64,000 bases of DNA, taken from Tubiluchus corallicola (taxonomy: Eukaryota > Animalia > Priapulida). Numbering within the stretch: position 1 is the stretch's first letter; every line of letters begins with the position of its first letter. Both the position numbers and the translations under genes were made by a program. Under the pieces are notes generated by a model. That model searched no databases, had not been told where the DNA came from, and was given only the letters and a program-made list of their open reading frames with translations. This document shows, piece by piece, positions 1-14,100 of the stretch. The stretch lies in NCBI GenBank assembly GCA_030141605.1, contig JAQGDQ010000137.1:248001-312000 (forward strand). Reading direction: 5' to 3'.

Positions 1-50
1 AACACATTTCAGCATAATTCTACTGTTCCGATTTTTTGGAACACCCTGTA
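1..50. mobile_element. Tc1/mariner-type terminal inverted repeat end
   Basis: TTTTTTGGAACACCCTG-TA; a related end TTCTTTTGGGACACTCTG-TA is at ~38592-38611. Confidence 0.45.
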
Positions 51-1244
51 CAATGTGATAAAACGATTGCAACAGATCTTTCCTGTAAAACTCCATAAGA
101 AGTGGGCAAACAGATACGAAAAAATGATATTCAGCATACACGAGGAAGCTACTACAGTCTACCATATCCCATGTGCTCCGAAGTCATCGTAGTCACTAAA
201 ATTCCTCCACTTAAAGCCTTTTGGGGCAGTTAACAAAAGTGTAATGCAATATGTTTCTAGAGACCAAAGTGGTTAAAAACCGTGTGCACAGAGAAGTAAA
301 GTCAAAAAGTAAACTCCAAACAAAAACAATTGTCTTACTAACAAATGGTTAAAACACCAAGCTTCTAAGAAATATCAATTAGTGGTAATTGCTAATAATT
401 GAAATATACATCTATTACGGCTAAAGTAGTGAGTATTGATAAAATCTTGCTATCCTTCATTTTAATGTGTTGCTAAGGAAGCGTTCATCTTCCTTAAAAT
501 CGTGCCTTGAAATGTGTGATTATAACTATCTGAGATGCTTCAGGCTGTCTGAAGTGTATTGTACCTCTAAACTTTGCAGCACATGGAGGGGCAAATCAGG
601 CCTATATGTACCATTCTTGCATGTCAGAGCTCTCTCAGATGTACTTAATTGTGCTAAGCCTTATCTATGCACATATTTTTTCAAGTTATTAATTTATTAA
701 TTAGTTTTATCTAATAACTCTCACTTATCTTTTATCATTTACTGTGTGCAATAACTGTACGGATGCTTTCATGCTTAAAATAAATAAAAACTGAGACTGA
801 AAAATTGAAATATACAAGTAACACATCCATTATACTGTAGAAGTGCTTACCTAGTTAAATTAATCAAATAATCACTTATCAAATAGCATTCCACAATACT
901 GACTGCAGTCAAGTATCAAAACTTATTTAGAACACAAATAAAATTGAACAAAAAGTGCATTTTTCTTTTACATCCTGCTTCCAATTTTCGTTTATTTAAA
1001 AAAATAGATTTAACAAAGCCATTAACTGCAGTTGGTACAAAGTTCTAAACGAGCACGCCTAACCTGCTGTTTGGAAGTGGATCATTAACTGCCACATAAA
1101 AATAATGCATCATAAGAAAACCACGCACTTAAGAATTTCAAAGGACAGAAAGTCACAATTTTCAAATTCAAACTCAAACAGGTGTTTATTTGCATGTTCA
1201 TGATGTAAATGAAACAAATAAATGTATTTGATTATCATGGTGAA

Positions 1245-1425
1245 AAGTTTCAAGTTTAAAGTTTATTTATTACACATCGGACTTAAACGTACATGGGACT
1301 CTGTGTAAAAAATGCACATGAACGTGGCAAACTAATAATACTTACTAATCATAAGCTAGACTGAGGAGCTCTTAGCATGGCGATTCTGCCAAGGCCACCT
1401 CAGAAAGAAAAGAAAAAACAAATGA
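1245..1425 (-). mobile_element. LINE-like 3' tail fragment
   Basis: Minus strand ends AATAAATAAACTTTAAACTTGAAACTT (short-repeat tail); a similar decayed plus-strand tail is at ~620-810. Confidence 0.35.
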
Positions 1426-2264
1426 CAATGGACGTAGAAGAAAGAGGACGGCAAAAGACCCTAACGGTGAACCTATCAATCGATGAAAGTGTTAATGGTA
1501 CTATAACAACCTGACTCACGAATAGAATATATTATTACTATTCACTTAATGCTGACTTGGCTGATGATTGGTTGAAATAACAGCCGAGTGGTATTAAAAT
1601 AGATGTTAAGAAAAATAGGATTAGCAATGCATCTAGATATGACAAAATACCAAACTAATACAAATTTTGTAATTATTAAAAGTATGGCACAATTAATTGG
1701 AAAATGTTGGAATGTTCAAGATATTGAAGCTGTATAACATTTAATTCCTTATTAAGTTTGAGTGTATATTCAGCAATATGTGATATTTGTTGCAGACCAA
1801 CAATCCGACATGCTAGGCAACTAAAACAAAAGCAGGCATAGTTTCCATGTTTGCCAAACAATTCAGACTACAAACAATCCATTAAAGTAACGGTATCATG
1901 TTGAATTGTGTTTACAAAGCCATTTTTAAGAAGGAAACTGAACACTTATCTGTTAACTTCAGAAAACTGGGGCATGGAGAAAGAAAATTGACCTTAACAG
2001 TTCCAACAGTGACTAGTATTTGAGAAGCACCAAATTGAGTAAAATAAACACAGAAAACACTAAAGACACAATAACAAAAAACAATATATTTTGATTTTTG
2101 TGTACAACAATGTATTTCAATAATGATCACCCATATAATTTCTATTATTCAGTTTACCAGTGCCCCTTTACTTTTAGGTGCTGCCATGCCTTAATAAAAA
2201 CTGCTTTTTTCTTTAAAATAACAAAACTATTTTAACAAAAAAATAGACGTAAAAGATGTATAAA

Positions 2265-2756
2265 CAGGGCAATCTTAATGCATGGGAACACTGGACAGTT
2301 TCCCAGGGGACCCACAAGCATAGGGGTCCTATGCCAATTTGGGTTTCACTGATATGTATGGAAAATGACATCCCGAGGACCACTGACTTCAAGCAAATTA
2401 TAAAGCAATTCTCTACAAAGAAATCTCGCAAATGTATGTGTTGAACGCTTGATTAATAATAAATAATTCACAGCAATTTCATACTGTGCCAGTTCCGCCT
2501 GTATACTTTAAACATTGAGTATCATTTTCATGTTGAAAATTTTCGTGTTTTTCAAGGCTCATGCTATATTGTTCAAACGTTTGTGTTGACTAATCTTTGC
2601 TGTACATGTATAGCATATTTTGAATGTTTACAATACAATAAATACAAGTTAAATTTTATCAACAATTTGCATTTTTATTCCTGTGTGTGGTTGTGTAGGT
2701 AGGGAACACGGTGCACTGTTTTGCCCGGGGGCCTGTAATTTTGTTAAGATGGCCAG
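2265..2756. mobile_element. Degenerate hAT-type non-autonomous element
   Basis: Ends CAGGGCAATCTTAA / TTAAGATGGCCAG, GC-rich subtermini, flanks TGTATAAA / CATATAAA (6/8). Confidence 0.55.
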
Positions 2757-4352
2757 CATATAAACGAACAATCTCAAACTTAATATCAATCTTCGACATT
2801 GACAGCAGAGCTCCTGGCGGGAAATTAAAAAATACTGAAATTAAAATTTCATTTCTCTTTGTTTTTATTAATTCTTTGATAATGAATATGCAAACTCCAC
2901 CTTCCTAATCAACAAGTACTACGAATAATAACCTTAACACTAAAATAAACTACTAATAATAAGACTTTAGAATTTTTTTACTTTTTTCAAACTTTTGAAG
3001 CATTAGAAAAAATAAAACTGATAACAAAAGAGTTGTACTAAATATACGAAAGAAGTGATGAGCTCTGTTTAGCAATACAATCTTATCTTCTTTTAGTTTT
3101 TTCATACTCTAATTCACATTACTGTCTTCCACTATAATTTAGTCTTTACCTAATGATAGTTCAGAATAGTAATCATCTACAACTGTTTGACTCTAGTGTC
3201 AAATGGTAGTTGAGAATGTGCTATTTTGCAATTACATTAATAACAGGCGTTAGTGGAATCTTTAGAATAGGTATTCTTTACTGAATGATGTGGAATATGC
3301 AGTGATGTTTTAAAAATGAGAATAAGATGGGTCCTCGTAAATAAAGTTTTGGTACGACCAATGACACATACCTGGTCTACACAAAGCTGCAGGGAACGAG
3401 TGTCCTGCACGGTGCAGACGAGAAGAATATTTTCCATGATTATAAGGTTTCTTTGGTAAAAATGCAGTTTTTTATATTGATAAAGTTAGATTAGTTGCGA
3501 ATGGACAAATACAGATTATGTTGATTCATTTCAAGTATTTCAAGAAACTAAAACTCAAACTATAATTATATAATATATTGTTTGAACGTTTAATATTGTG
3601 CCCTAAATAATATGCAGGGTTTTACGATAAACTTTTATCATACCTGAAATGGCACCGTCCCAGTTGGGATATTGGGGTGTTTACAAAACAGCATTTACAA
3701 GACAGAGGTCACTCGGGATAAAAGATGTGAATACACTTTGATAACAAAGAAGATCTTATAACAAGTCTCTTTAATTTTATAAAATTTCTAATAAAGCCAG
3801 TAAAAGCGATTAAACGAAGCCAGCTAATTTGGGGAAGAAAAGGCAATGTGAAAATATGTTCCAAAATCTTTCCACACAAAATTAGATTAGTTTGCATCAG
3901 GCTTGCCTGTTAGAAAGACCTAAGTAAATGAAAATTCTTAGTAATTTAAATGTTCGCGCCAATAGGGAAGATGTCGCTGTTTCGCTATTCACAACGTACA
4001 TCAAAAAACATCACTGGCTAACCAAAAAATACATTAATTAATTATGATTTATTTAATGATTTTATGACAAGCTTACACATTTGCTTAGTTAGCAAAGTGT
4101 GCGCTAAGCCTGCAAATGCTCTGATTACTTTTTCAAATTTGATGCAATGTTATCTGAATCCAAATGAATTATGCTCAAAATGGCTGCGACTGTCATTGCG
4201 GGAGTTAAAATTTAGTTGTTTCATACAGCATCACTGCCAATACAAGCTCCTATGCAATAAGACAGCATGTAAGCGATACACAATTTCAAGACAAACTTTT
4301 TAAGCTTAATTTATAAATACAATGGTTGTCATCTAGCACATGAAGTACTTAC

Positions 4353-7300
4353 CGCAGTACGTGTATATTTCCCGTGAGTCATGAAATCTAACTTGGAGAT
4401 TATACAAAACTGAAAAAAGCAAAATAAAATATTTAGCATTTTATTAAAAAGTAGATGACAAAGAAGCGGCAATAGTATTATTAAAAACTGCTATCAGCTC
4501 AGCACTATTATTAGTAGAATTAACTGAAGATGCACGATAGTCACACATCACAAACAAATACAATTACCGCACAAACATTAGAGTCTATAATAAGGATCTA
4601 TAGTCAGCAGTTTATATACAGTGAATCTATTTAGTCTGTACAATGTGCAAAAAAGTCCACTACCTTTCCCTAAAAATTATGCTCTGAACTTTTAGGGACA
4701 ATACGAGAAGTTTCCATCTTTTCAAACTATTTGAGATTTAGTTTACAGATACATTAAGCAGAAACTGTACAATTCATTCAATACACAATTGAATTAGTAC
4801 AATTCAGTTACCTTTTCAGTAAAACTAAAGGGAAAAGAGAGTCAAACATTTCTTTAAAAAAACAAATTACTGCCTTTCATCTTGGGAAGCACAAATTTTT
4901 AGTTAATTCATATCTATCAATTTAGATAAGCCGTTTGCTAAAAGAACCCCCCACCAAAGAAAGTGATGATATGTTTCTCTTGAGAATTATAAACCAAACT
5001 ATTGTCCTTTATTTTGGAAAGCACAGTTTTGTTAGAGAAGGCCTTATGATTTATATTAAAGAATAATTATCTTCTGTCAAATTTGTTGGAGAAAGAATTG
5101 GAACACAACTTTTTAAACCTGAAACCAGGGGATTACCTCTTTCTGGAACGTAAGGCGCATATATGACGTAAGTCTAATTATTCTTTAATATAAATGGTAA
5201 GTTTATCAATTCTGGCTAACCAGAATTAGAACGTCACTTTGAGCCAATTAATTACCAGCTAACTGGTTAATTAATTAACCAAAAGTTTGGTTAGTTGACT
5301 AGTACCTGCAGGTTCATGAAGGTAACTAAGAGATGTCAGGTCATTTTGACCAATGAGTATCGCTGGATTACGAAGGAATGGCAGCTTCTCTGGAGAAGGA
5401 ATTTCGAGTGTTTCTTGCTGTAAGAACACAAAAAAAAACAACGTAAGAAAAGATTTTCACATTTCAAATCTTTGAAAAAGAAAGCATTTTACCATTTTTG
5501 CTAAACTTCGACACACTGCAAAACAGAATCCAGCATGTAACGACTACTTGTCAAAATGTTTGCGGCATGAGCAGATCCCAACTCACTATTAAGACTCATT
5601 CTAACACTAGATGAGCCATTAAACCAGCAGAGGTGTGTCAGCCATGTTCAGATGTACATACATCTTCAGTCTACTCTACAAAGTAAGCACCCAAAATTCT
5701 TCGAACCCTTGGTTATATAAAATATAGTCATATAAAATGCACACGTTTGCCCACTCAGCCATGTACCCTGCTGCATGTATGACTGTCACAATTAATGTAT
5801 GCTATGCATTACTTGTACGTATTACAGATGCCAAAACCTTTCTTAAATCACCAGGATTGAAATTATTTCGTGTAGGATTTTCGTGTAAGTTTACACAAAA
5901 GTATTTTAATAACAGTATAAAAGTATATAAGTTCATAAAAAGTTCAGTATAAGCATATTTCATAAGTGTAACAGTATATGATTTTAATAAAAGTTGTTAG
6001 GCCTGCACATGCATAGAAGATTAGCAATTTTAGCGTGAAAACAGTACTTTTAATTTTTAGCAATAGATACACATTTGCACAACTCATTTTTAACAACAAT
6101 AAGACATCAAAAGGTTGGTATAGCACTTGCCAGCCTTTTAAAAAATCTGTTATTAAAATAATTTCACGTACCCTTAAATGAAAATTTTACCAAAGAAACG
6201 ACATAACCTGTGTAAGACATATATAATCCTAAAATCTGTGAAACATCAGGGATTTATGGATAACATAAGTAAAAGAAATGATTATATGTCATATTCCTAG
6301 AGATTAACCCATTAGATGACCCTTGTCAGCAGTCGTCCTTCATTTTAGAAGAAAAGAAAAGTGAATAATAAATATTTGGTGGGTCTACTCTAAGTAATAA
6401 TAACACCTTACTAGCAGTGACAGTATGACAATGCAATTCAAAAAAGTGATACTAATCCATGACATGACAAATGCCAATATTGCCTCGCATGCATCTTACA
6501 CAGTCGGTTTCTTTGCGCACAGTTTGTGTTTATATACCCAAAATTATCACTGTATGAATAGTGATTAAAGTTACTGAGTGACTAATCAGTAAGCTAACAA
6601 CGTGCAGGTGTGCCTACATTTGCATAGCTAATTAGAACATACAATGACTACATGCAGGTGATATAGCCGCTAGAAAATTCAATTTGAAATCGGAAATGCA
6701 CATAAGTGGTTGACAATTTGTCTTGCAAAAATTACAATTTGTCGTAATCAACCTTTCTTGTTAATAATATGCTTTCTCTGATAGACGAAATGCTACACAC
6801 TATATCATTACCCAGTTTTTTCAAATGGAAATCATCGAAAAGGCAACGCAATTACGTCATTATTCATTGGATTATCGTCTCCACCATCCGTCAGCAATGG
6901 TGCAATTTTTGCGTTACATATTTAATTCGAATATCATTAGAAAGACTGCGTGCATGTACATATGATAAAATACACGATTAATTTAATGGTGTAATCAACA
7001 AATCTCATTCAGTGAGACTGATATAATCAAACTGGCCCACTTAAACAGAGCATGTCGAACTACAGGCAATCGAGACTCGTGGAAAACCTAGGGGCAGTTA
7101 CCGTCCGTGTACAATTCGCAAAAAGTGCCCATTTCTAAAAATAACTAGCTACATATATTAAAACAGCTAAACTATATTCGAAATCAGTGAGAAATACAAA
7201 TTAGTACAATAATAATTAGCAAGTTAAAACCAGCTCTTTTGCATGAAAATAAAGGCTTAGATTTGTCATTTTCAATTATACTGCTTTCAAAAGTTCTGAA

Positions 7301-10300
7301 AGAGAAGGCCTGAAAGGAGGTTGAGCAGCTATAGTTACTTCTTTCACGAGAGAGCTTTTGATAACTCTGGATATGCCGTCGTCATCACAAAAGTTGTGTG
7401 GTTGTGAACATGTGGTTCGAATCACGTCTCTCTGGTGTACGAAGACAGCACGCCAAAACTGTTGATTCTCACATCCACCGTTTTTCAGAGGTTTAACAAT
7501 AAACGCGCAATTACTTGTTAAAATTGGAATGACCTATAGGCTATAGGGAAAAGAGTTCATTTATCAAGATAACATCTTTCTCTGTGCCTAGTTTTTCACA
7601 CGCTCACAGGCTTAAAGCCAGACGATTTTGAAACCTGCTAAAATATTTAGTATAACAAGAAAGTCAAAACTGTGCAGACTCCAAATCAAGTTAACCTGTA
7701 AGCTGTAACTAAAGGTAAATACAAGTACTTTCACTGGTCTATTTACACAGAACCTTGAACAAAGAAAATAATTTATATTATGAATGTCGACTGTTTGTTA
7801 GTTGTGCGTTTGTTCGCTATTTCAACGTATTATGTCGGTCATATCACAAACTAAATCACTTATCCACCTGATTTGTTTTGGGGAACCTGATGCAGTCAAC
7901 ATAACGGCTCTTGTTGACAACAATGGGGTAACTCTTTATTACTTACCTTTCGATGCAGGCTTGCATCTTCATGGGTGACCGGTAATAAAATCACAGGAAA
8001 AGTCACAGGAAAAACGTCACAATTTAGCTACAGTTAGGGGTTAAGGTTATTTTTTTCCTGTGCCTTTTTTCTCCTGTAACTTTTTTCTTATGACTCTTTA
8101 CGTGCGATTCTTTTACATGTGACTTTTTAAGCTGGATTCTCGTCATCATCACAGCACTTTCACAATCCATGTAGAAATTATACGCTAAATTATAAACTCT
8201 GACGATGATAATGCAAATCTGCATCGACACGTAACAGCAATAAAGAAGTACCATGTTGTTATCAATAACTTTAACGTGTATTTCTAGAACAATTATCAAC
8301 ACACACACACACACGAACTCTGATTGATTAAGATAGCTTACAGGGACAGCTATGTAACACGAAATTTTCTACCCCCAAAAAACAGCTAGTTGCAGTTAGC
8401 TACTTCAATCTCTATGACAGTAACTGTTTTCTACCCCAAAAAATAGCTAGTTGCAGTTAGCTGCTTCAATCTCTATGTACAGTAACTGTACGACTTAGGA
8501 ATGCTTTCGTGGCTGTCGCCTTTTCAAATCCAGATTTTATCGACGTTTTGGTGAATGAATTGAATCGATTTTGTTCGTTGGAGAAACGGTTTAAAGCGAT
8601 CAACTTGAAACGTTTCCAGAATGTCTCCAAAGAAAAAAATGCGTCCAAATTAAGCACTCATGTGCCCCCCCCCATAAAGTTTAGTTAAAATGACTATTTT
8701 GATGGCTAAACAACTTCCAAAGTCGTTACAGGAAAAGCGTGCCGCTCAGCATAAAAACCCTTATAACGTTGCTAATTTTCCTTTCAACAAGTGCTCTTCA
8801 ACTGAACAATGCTTTTTATATGCAAATAAAACACAAAAATAAAATTTTATAGTTTTCACGACAGGTTTGCGAAATTGTGCTGTATCAACGTAACATGCTG
8901 CCAGAAACGAAGAGCGGGTACAGCATTCAGGCCCAGGGGTAACAAACGCTGTACATTCACAGGTCAAACAACTTTCACTTTTATACTGGTTATTGATCTT
9001 CACAGAAGTTTATGGGAAATCTCTTAAAAATATGTGGCCTCTTTAGATCGAATTAAGATGTCACGATTTTTATTGAACCTTGTTAGAAAATGTATGTGAA
9101 ACAACCTAGAACAATCGAAAAAGTTAATGTTATAGGCTATTTGTCCAAACAATTTACCCGAAATTAAGGCATACCTTCATGTTGACTATGTTGGACACTA
9201 TTTACTATAGGACTAACTAACACTATTTAGTACTAACTAAAACGAAGACAATCTGATCCGCAGAATTTTATTCAAAAAGATATTAAATATACTGTTGGTG
9301 ATATGGTAACCGGTAAAGTCACAGTAAAAAGTCATGGTTAGAAAACAGTCGTACAATTAATTTTGGCTAGGGCTGGAATTAGGGTCATTTCTTTTTACCT
9401 GTATTCGATGATATATATTTTGGAAGACAATAAAATTGTAATTATAATTACTTTTCAAACAGAAGTGCGACGTGATTGGGTAATTTTTTTAACAATATGA
9501 AGTTGTTGTTACGCCCTGTGTCCAATAGGCATAAGATTGCATACACAAAACGTTAACTTTTATTGTATCAGTGGGTCAGAGTACACAATAGAAACGTAAA
9601 GTTAATTGCACTTTGCTTTGCAACTCTAAATGGAGCCTTTGTCAGCATGTTGTTTATTTAAGCAAATTAACAACCCGTAGAAGTCTGAACAGTGCTAGAA
9701 TTGAATTGCGTCAAAACGAGGTAAACTCATTAAACATACAGTGAATATTAGCAAGTCAGTAAATGGGAATGCAATATAATAGCACGTCATTTTACCCAAG
9801 GGTACTCCAGAGTCAGCTCTGAACAAAAGGCCGCACATTGTTAACAAAGGCGTAACTGGGACCTTCCCACATTTCAAATGAATCGCGGAATATGGTACAG
9901 TAGAAAGCTTGTGATACAGTTCAGGCTGTTAAGAGTTGGTAAATAAGAAAACCTCTTTTAGCCAGACGATAAAAAGTTAAATAAATGAGGGTAAACTTGG
10001 AGAGACGCAAAAATACGCAGCCTGACAAGGTGCAAATAGGCTTTCATGTAAAAGAGACGTCACAGCTACAGCTAAAACGAAGCAATAATTACCATCGAAG
10101 CTTCCCAACTTTTAAAACTAAAATTGTCTAGCAGTTTTTAGGTTATTCGCTTGCCAGTGGTCTGTTTCGTCGTGATGTTGTTGTCATTTAATAAACTTTT
10201 ATCAGTTGTTCACAAAATAGAATTACGCCATATTACACTTTTTTACGAAAAAACGGATCACGACAACCGTAACTTTCCGTAAATTGGGTTACACATGACA

Positions 10301-10996
10301 TATTCAGGAAAAATGGATTCCCTGACAAGGGTAAATTGTTTTCTAAATCACAAATTTAGGCAGCTGGGTAGAAAAAGCTCAACAAGCAATCCAATGCTTC
10401 GCATTCCGGACTAGTTTAAATTTAATATATGTTACTCAGCAATCATGCATAGTACGATATCGTATGTTTTCAACCGCTACCATCACTTTGCTGGCCCTTA
10501 AAAAAACTTCGTACCACGAAAAGACCAGTGCAGGACAAAAATAGCACAGGAGAAAAGGACACATTAGGAAACAGCTAATATTTCCAAAATTACGCGTTCT
10601 TCCTGTTCCACATTTACGTCCCGCTACTACATATACCATTTTACCTATACTGGGATAAGACCTCATACAACAAGAGCACTTATAATACCACCCAGTCTAC
10701 ACTGACAACATATACAGTATATCATGCTGCGTTAGATAATTGCAGTTTTCTAGATCACAGCGGTGCTTTAAACCTCTGCCAGACTAGCAGAAGATCAATA
10801 TCTACTTCACAGTAAAAGACTAGAATAAGTCTAGACACTTTCTACGAATGTAATTATTGCAATCTAGGCAGTTATAACTAACAAAACGAAATATAATAAA
10901 TGAAAGTCCCCTTTGATGAGCGTTGAAGATCGACGACTAGGTTGGAGCGAATCACTTGACTAATTTCGATATCAGTCGCATCACATCTATTTCAAC

Positions 10997-11032
<36 letters not shown>

Positions 11033-11077
11033 CACACACGCACGCACGCACGCACGCACACGCGCACACGCACACGC

Positions 11078-11120
<43 letters not shown>

Positions 11121-14100
11121 AAGCTGTAACCACAACATGCACTTTAATTTTCTACATACGTCGCCATCTTCAAATTCAATTTCGAGTTTGTCGTCAACAT
11201 AATCCGATATCAACTCAGCAGCTTTCCACACCGTATCCGGGTCTGGCAGCCAAACACGAGCTCCCTGAAAACATTAAAAAACATTTAGAAACTGGTAACA
11301 GGAAGAGAAAGAAATTAAGCATATTGTTTCCCAAATCACGTGTATTATTGCTTTTTTATAATACCTCATTCACGGCGAAATATCAAAATCGGTTTAATTC
11401 ACCTACTCTATTAAATGGGTGTGTTTAATGTTTAACACATGAATGTTACACAAGTCTTCAGTACAATAGGATTTTGCCAATGGATTAGTTGACCTAAAAA
11501 TTTGTATAATTTCATTTCTGTCTGATCAGGGAAACTTTTTGCTAAAAAACAAATTAAAATGTAGTAATGAAGTAAATTGATATGTAGATATATTACTGTA
11601 TGTATAAATATTTATTGGGTAATAAGAAAGAAGAAACATTACACTATACAAGTTAACAGTACAACTATAAATTTTATCACTAAAAAATGATTCACAAAAC
11701 CAGAAAGTTAAAAACACGTTAAAGTAACACCATAAGACAAACATTAAAACAAACAAGAAACAACTTCTTATAAGATGCATTTTTACACCCAAAATGATAA
11801 TGGTGTACAAATAGCACATGATAATCAACAGCGGGAAACTTTTTTTTGATATGTTAAGAATGGTTAAATGATCATCCCATTATACGAAATCAAATAAAAA
11901 ATTTAAAATAATAATAATAATAATAATACGAGTAATCATACACATTACTAACTAAAATTGGTTATACTAAGTAAATCAAACTTCGGTACATTTCCTATGG
12001 AATGCAACTCAGTGTTATCATCACTGTTCAATATGGATTACAAAAAAGTGGCCAATACAGACTAAAACATAGAACAGCTTATAATTATATCAAGTAATTA
12101 CACAAAATCACCAGATGCAATTCAAGAAAGAAATGAATCAACAGTGGTACGCAAGTGACTATTGAATGGTAAACGTTACAGCAGTCAAACTGATACTTTT
12201 CAAAGCGCGCATTGTATTTTAGATCTTAATGTTTGATCATTGCCATTCAGAGAGCTCAGATTCAATTGCAATTAATGGCTGGATTTATGGCACAGTTGCA
12301 CTGCTTAAAGATTTCAGCCCAACGTAACAATATAAGCCCAGAATCAGAAATTTTTTAAGAACTTCATATACCAAAAACATTTATATACATTTGTTTTTAT
12401 TCTTGCTAGTAATAACTTTGAATTCGCAAAGCACAATGTTTAAGTAAGTACTTAGAACACTTGTTATTTAAAGTCTAGTAATTGCTTCCACATATAATCA
12501 GGCACTTTAATGCTTACTCTTTACATTGTGCCGACGAGGGTGGACTCAAAGATATATTTATTGTGTGATTGAGGCCGTCGTGTATTCAAACAATTTGCAA
12601 TTTATATATTGTGATTAATATAAGCGGTACCTCAAAGAACAAGCTATTTGAAAGAACCTACCATCATAGTAAATAAATATATGTGCAAATAAACAACAGG
12701 ATACATAGTTTGTTTAACAGACAATCGTTGCAAAAGCAGCTAGAATGTGTCAAAAAACTAACCGAATATAAAGTATTAAATCGAATATTTTCAGAATATT
12801 TTGATGAAAAATTAAACAAAGAACTAGGCTGTCATTTTAGATTTTATTTAGCTTTCTATTAACATGATGGAGAAAGTTTATACATCCGAAATGGTTAACA
12901 AGGTAGGTTTAAATTCCATCATTCGACTCAGTAGTGCCTCTTTACAGTGTTGTTCACTGCACAACAAAAGTACTGTTTTGAAAAGTTAGAAAAGTCTATT
13001 AGAGTTGTACTAAAATACTATTCCACTTTCAAACAGACAATAATTTTTCTCAGTAGTACCTATTTAAACCAAAAATTAAAGATGGCATAGGACACACACA
13101 CACACATATATATATAGCTGAGTGGTCACAATCTCGATAAGCGGTTGGCTGTGAAGTTAATAGTACTGGGCAGGGTAAATAGATGGGTGACTTGTGGAAA
13201 AACTACTACTAGGAGTGGTCATCTGCCATAATGTCCTCACCTCTTCCCAGCTATTTCTCTCATGTGGGAGGATGCAAATGCATCAGAACATAGGAAGACA
13301 TACTGGTCAGTTTTAGAAGACCAACCTTGATAATAAGCTACATTGCGGCACAATATGCATTACGTAAGCTCTGCTGTTGAGTGCTGGAACCTGCCGACTT
13401 GCAGCGAACTAAGCTGTATCAAAAGTTATATACGCGTATTTCACATGTGCAAAATTACAGAAACATTTGTCAATTTGTTTAAAGAATCAAAGATCACAGA
13501 TGAATCTTTGACGAGGTCATCAGCAGTTACTATGCTTCATTGGGTTTCATGGTTTAATTGGACCCTCCACAAGGCACCCCCAAAACCAAAATGTTTGTTG
13601 GCCATTCAGCCTATTCTGCAATTTGCCATAACCACAATAGCGGCAGCAGAATTTATTGAAAGTTCTGTAAAATTCTTGCCCAAAATCCCGGTGGCAGACG
13701 TAACATTTTTCTTCTAAAATATGCAGCAAAACGTTGTACCTGGGAATAGACGCCCAAATGCTGTTCTGGGCTGAAGGTCTTCACCATGTCATTGCTTCTG
13801 TACCTCATACAAGTCATGGTTTCACTGGCTGAACAACAACTGGTGCAGTTAAATGAGAATTTTTCAGTAATGCGCAGTGCCTAGGCGCAAATCAAACGAA
13901 AACTAGGAAACGTGGGTTACTGGTAAATAAGAAGGTTCAACTTTCATCCGTCATTACACTTCATAGGTTGGTTAGAGCAACAGCACCGAGAAGCTTCAAA
14001 GTAAAGCGACACAGTAAACACAATGGTCATCGTCGTTGAAAGCACATTAACTTCTGATACAGTCTACTAAGGGGACTTGATTCACAACAGGTTTTGATTG

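Noticed and set aside
1-3371. Next myosin V exon (G-IVLVAINPY)
   Set aside because: Not found by eye on the minus strand; presumed to lie left of the window.
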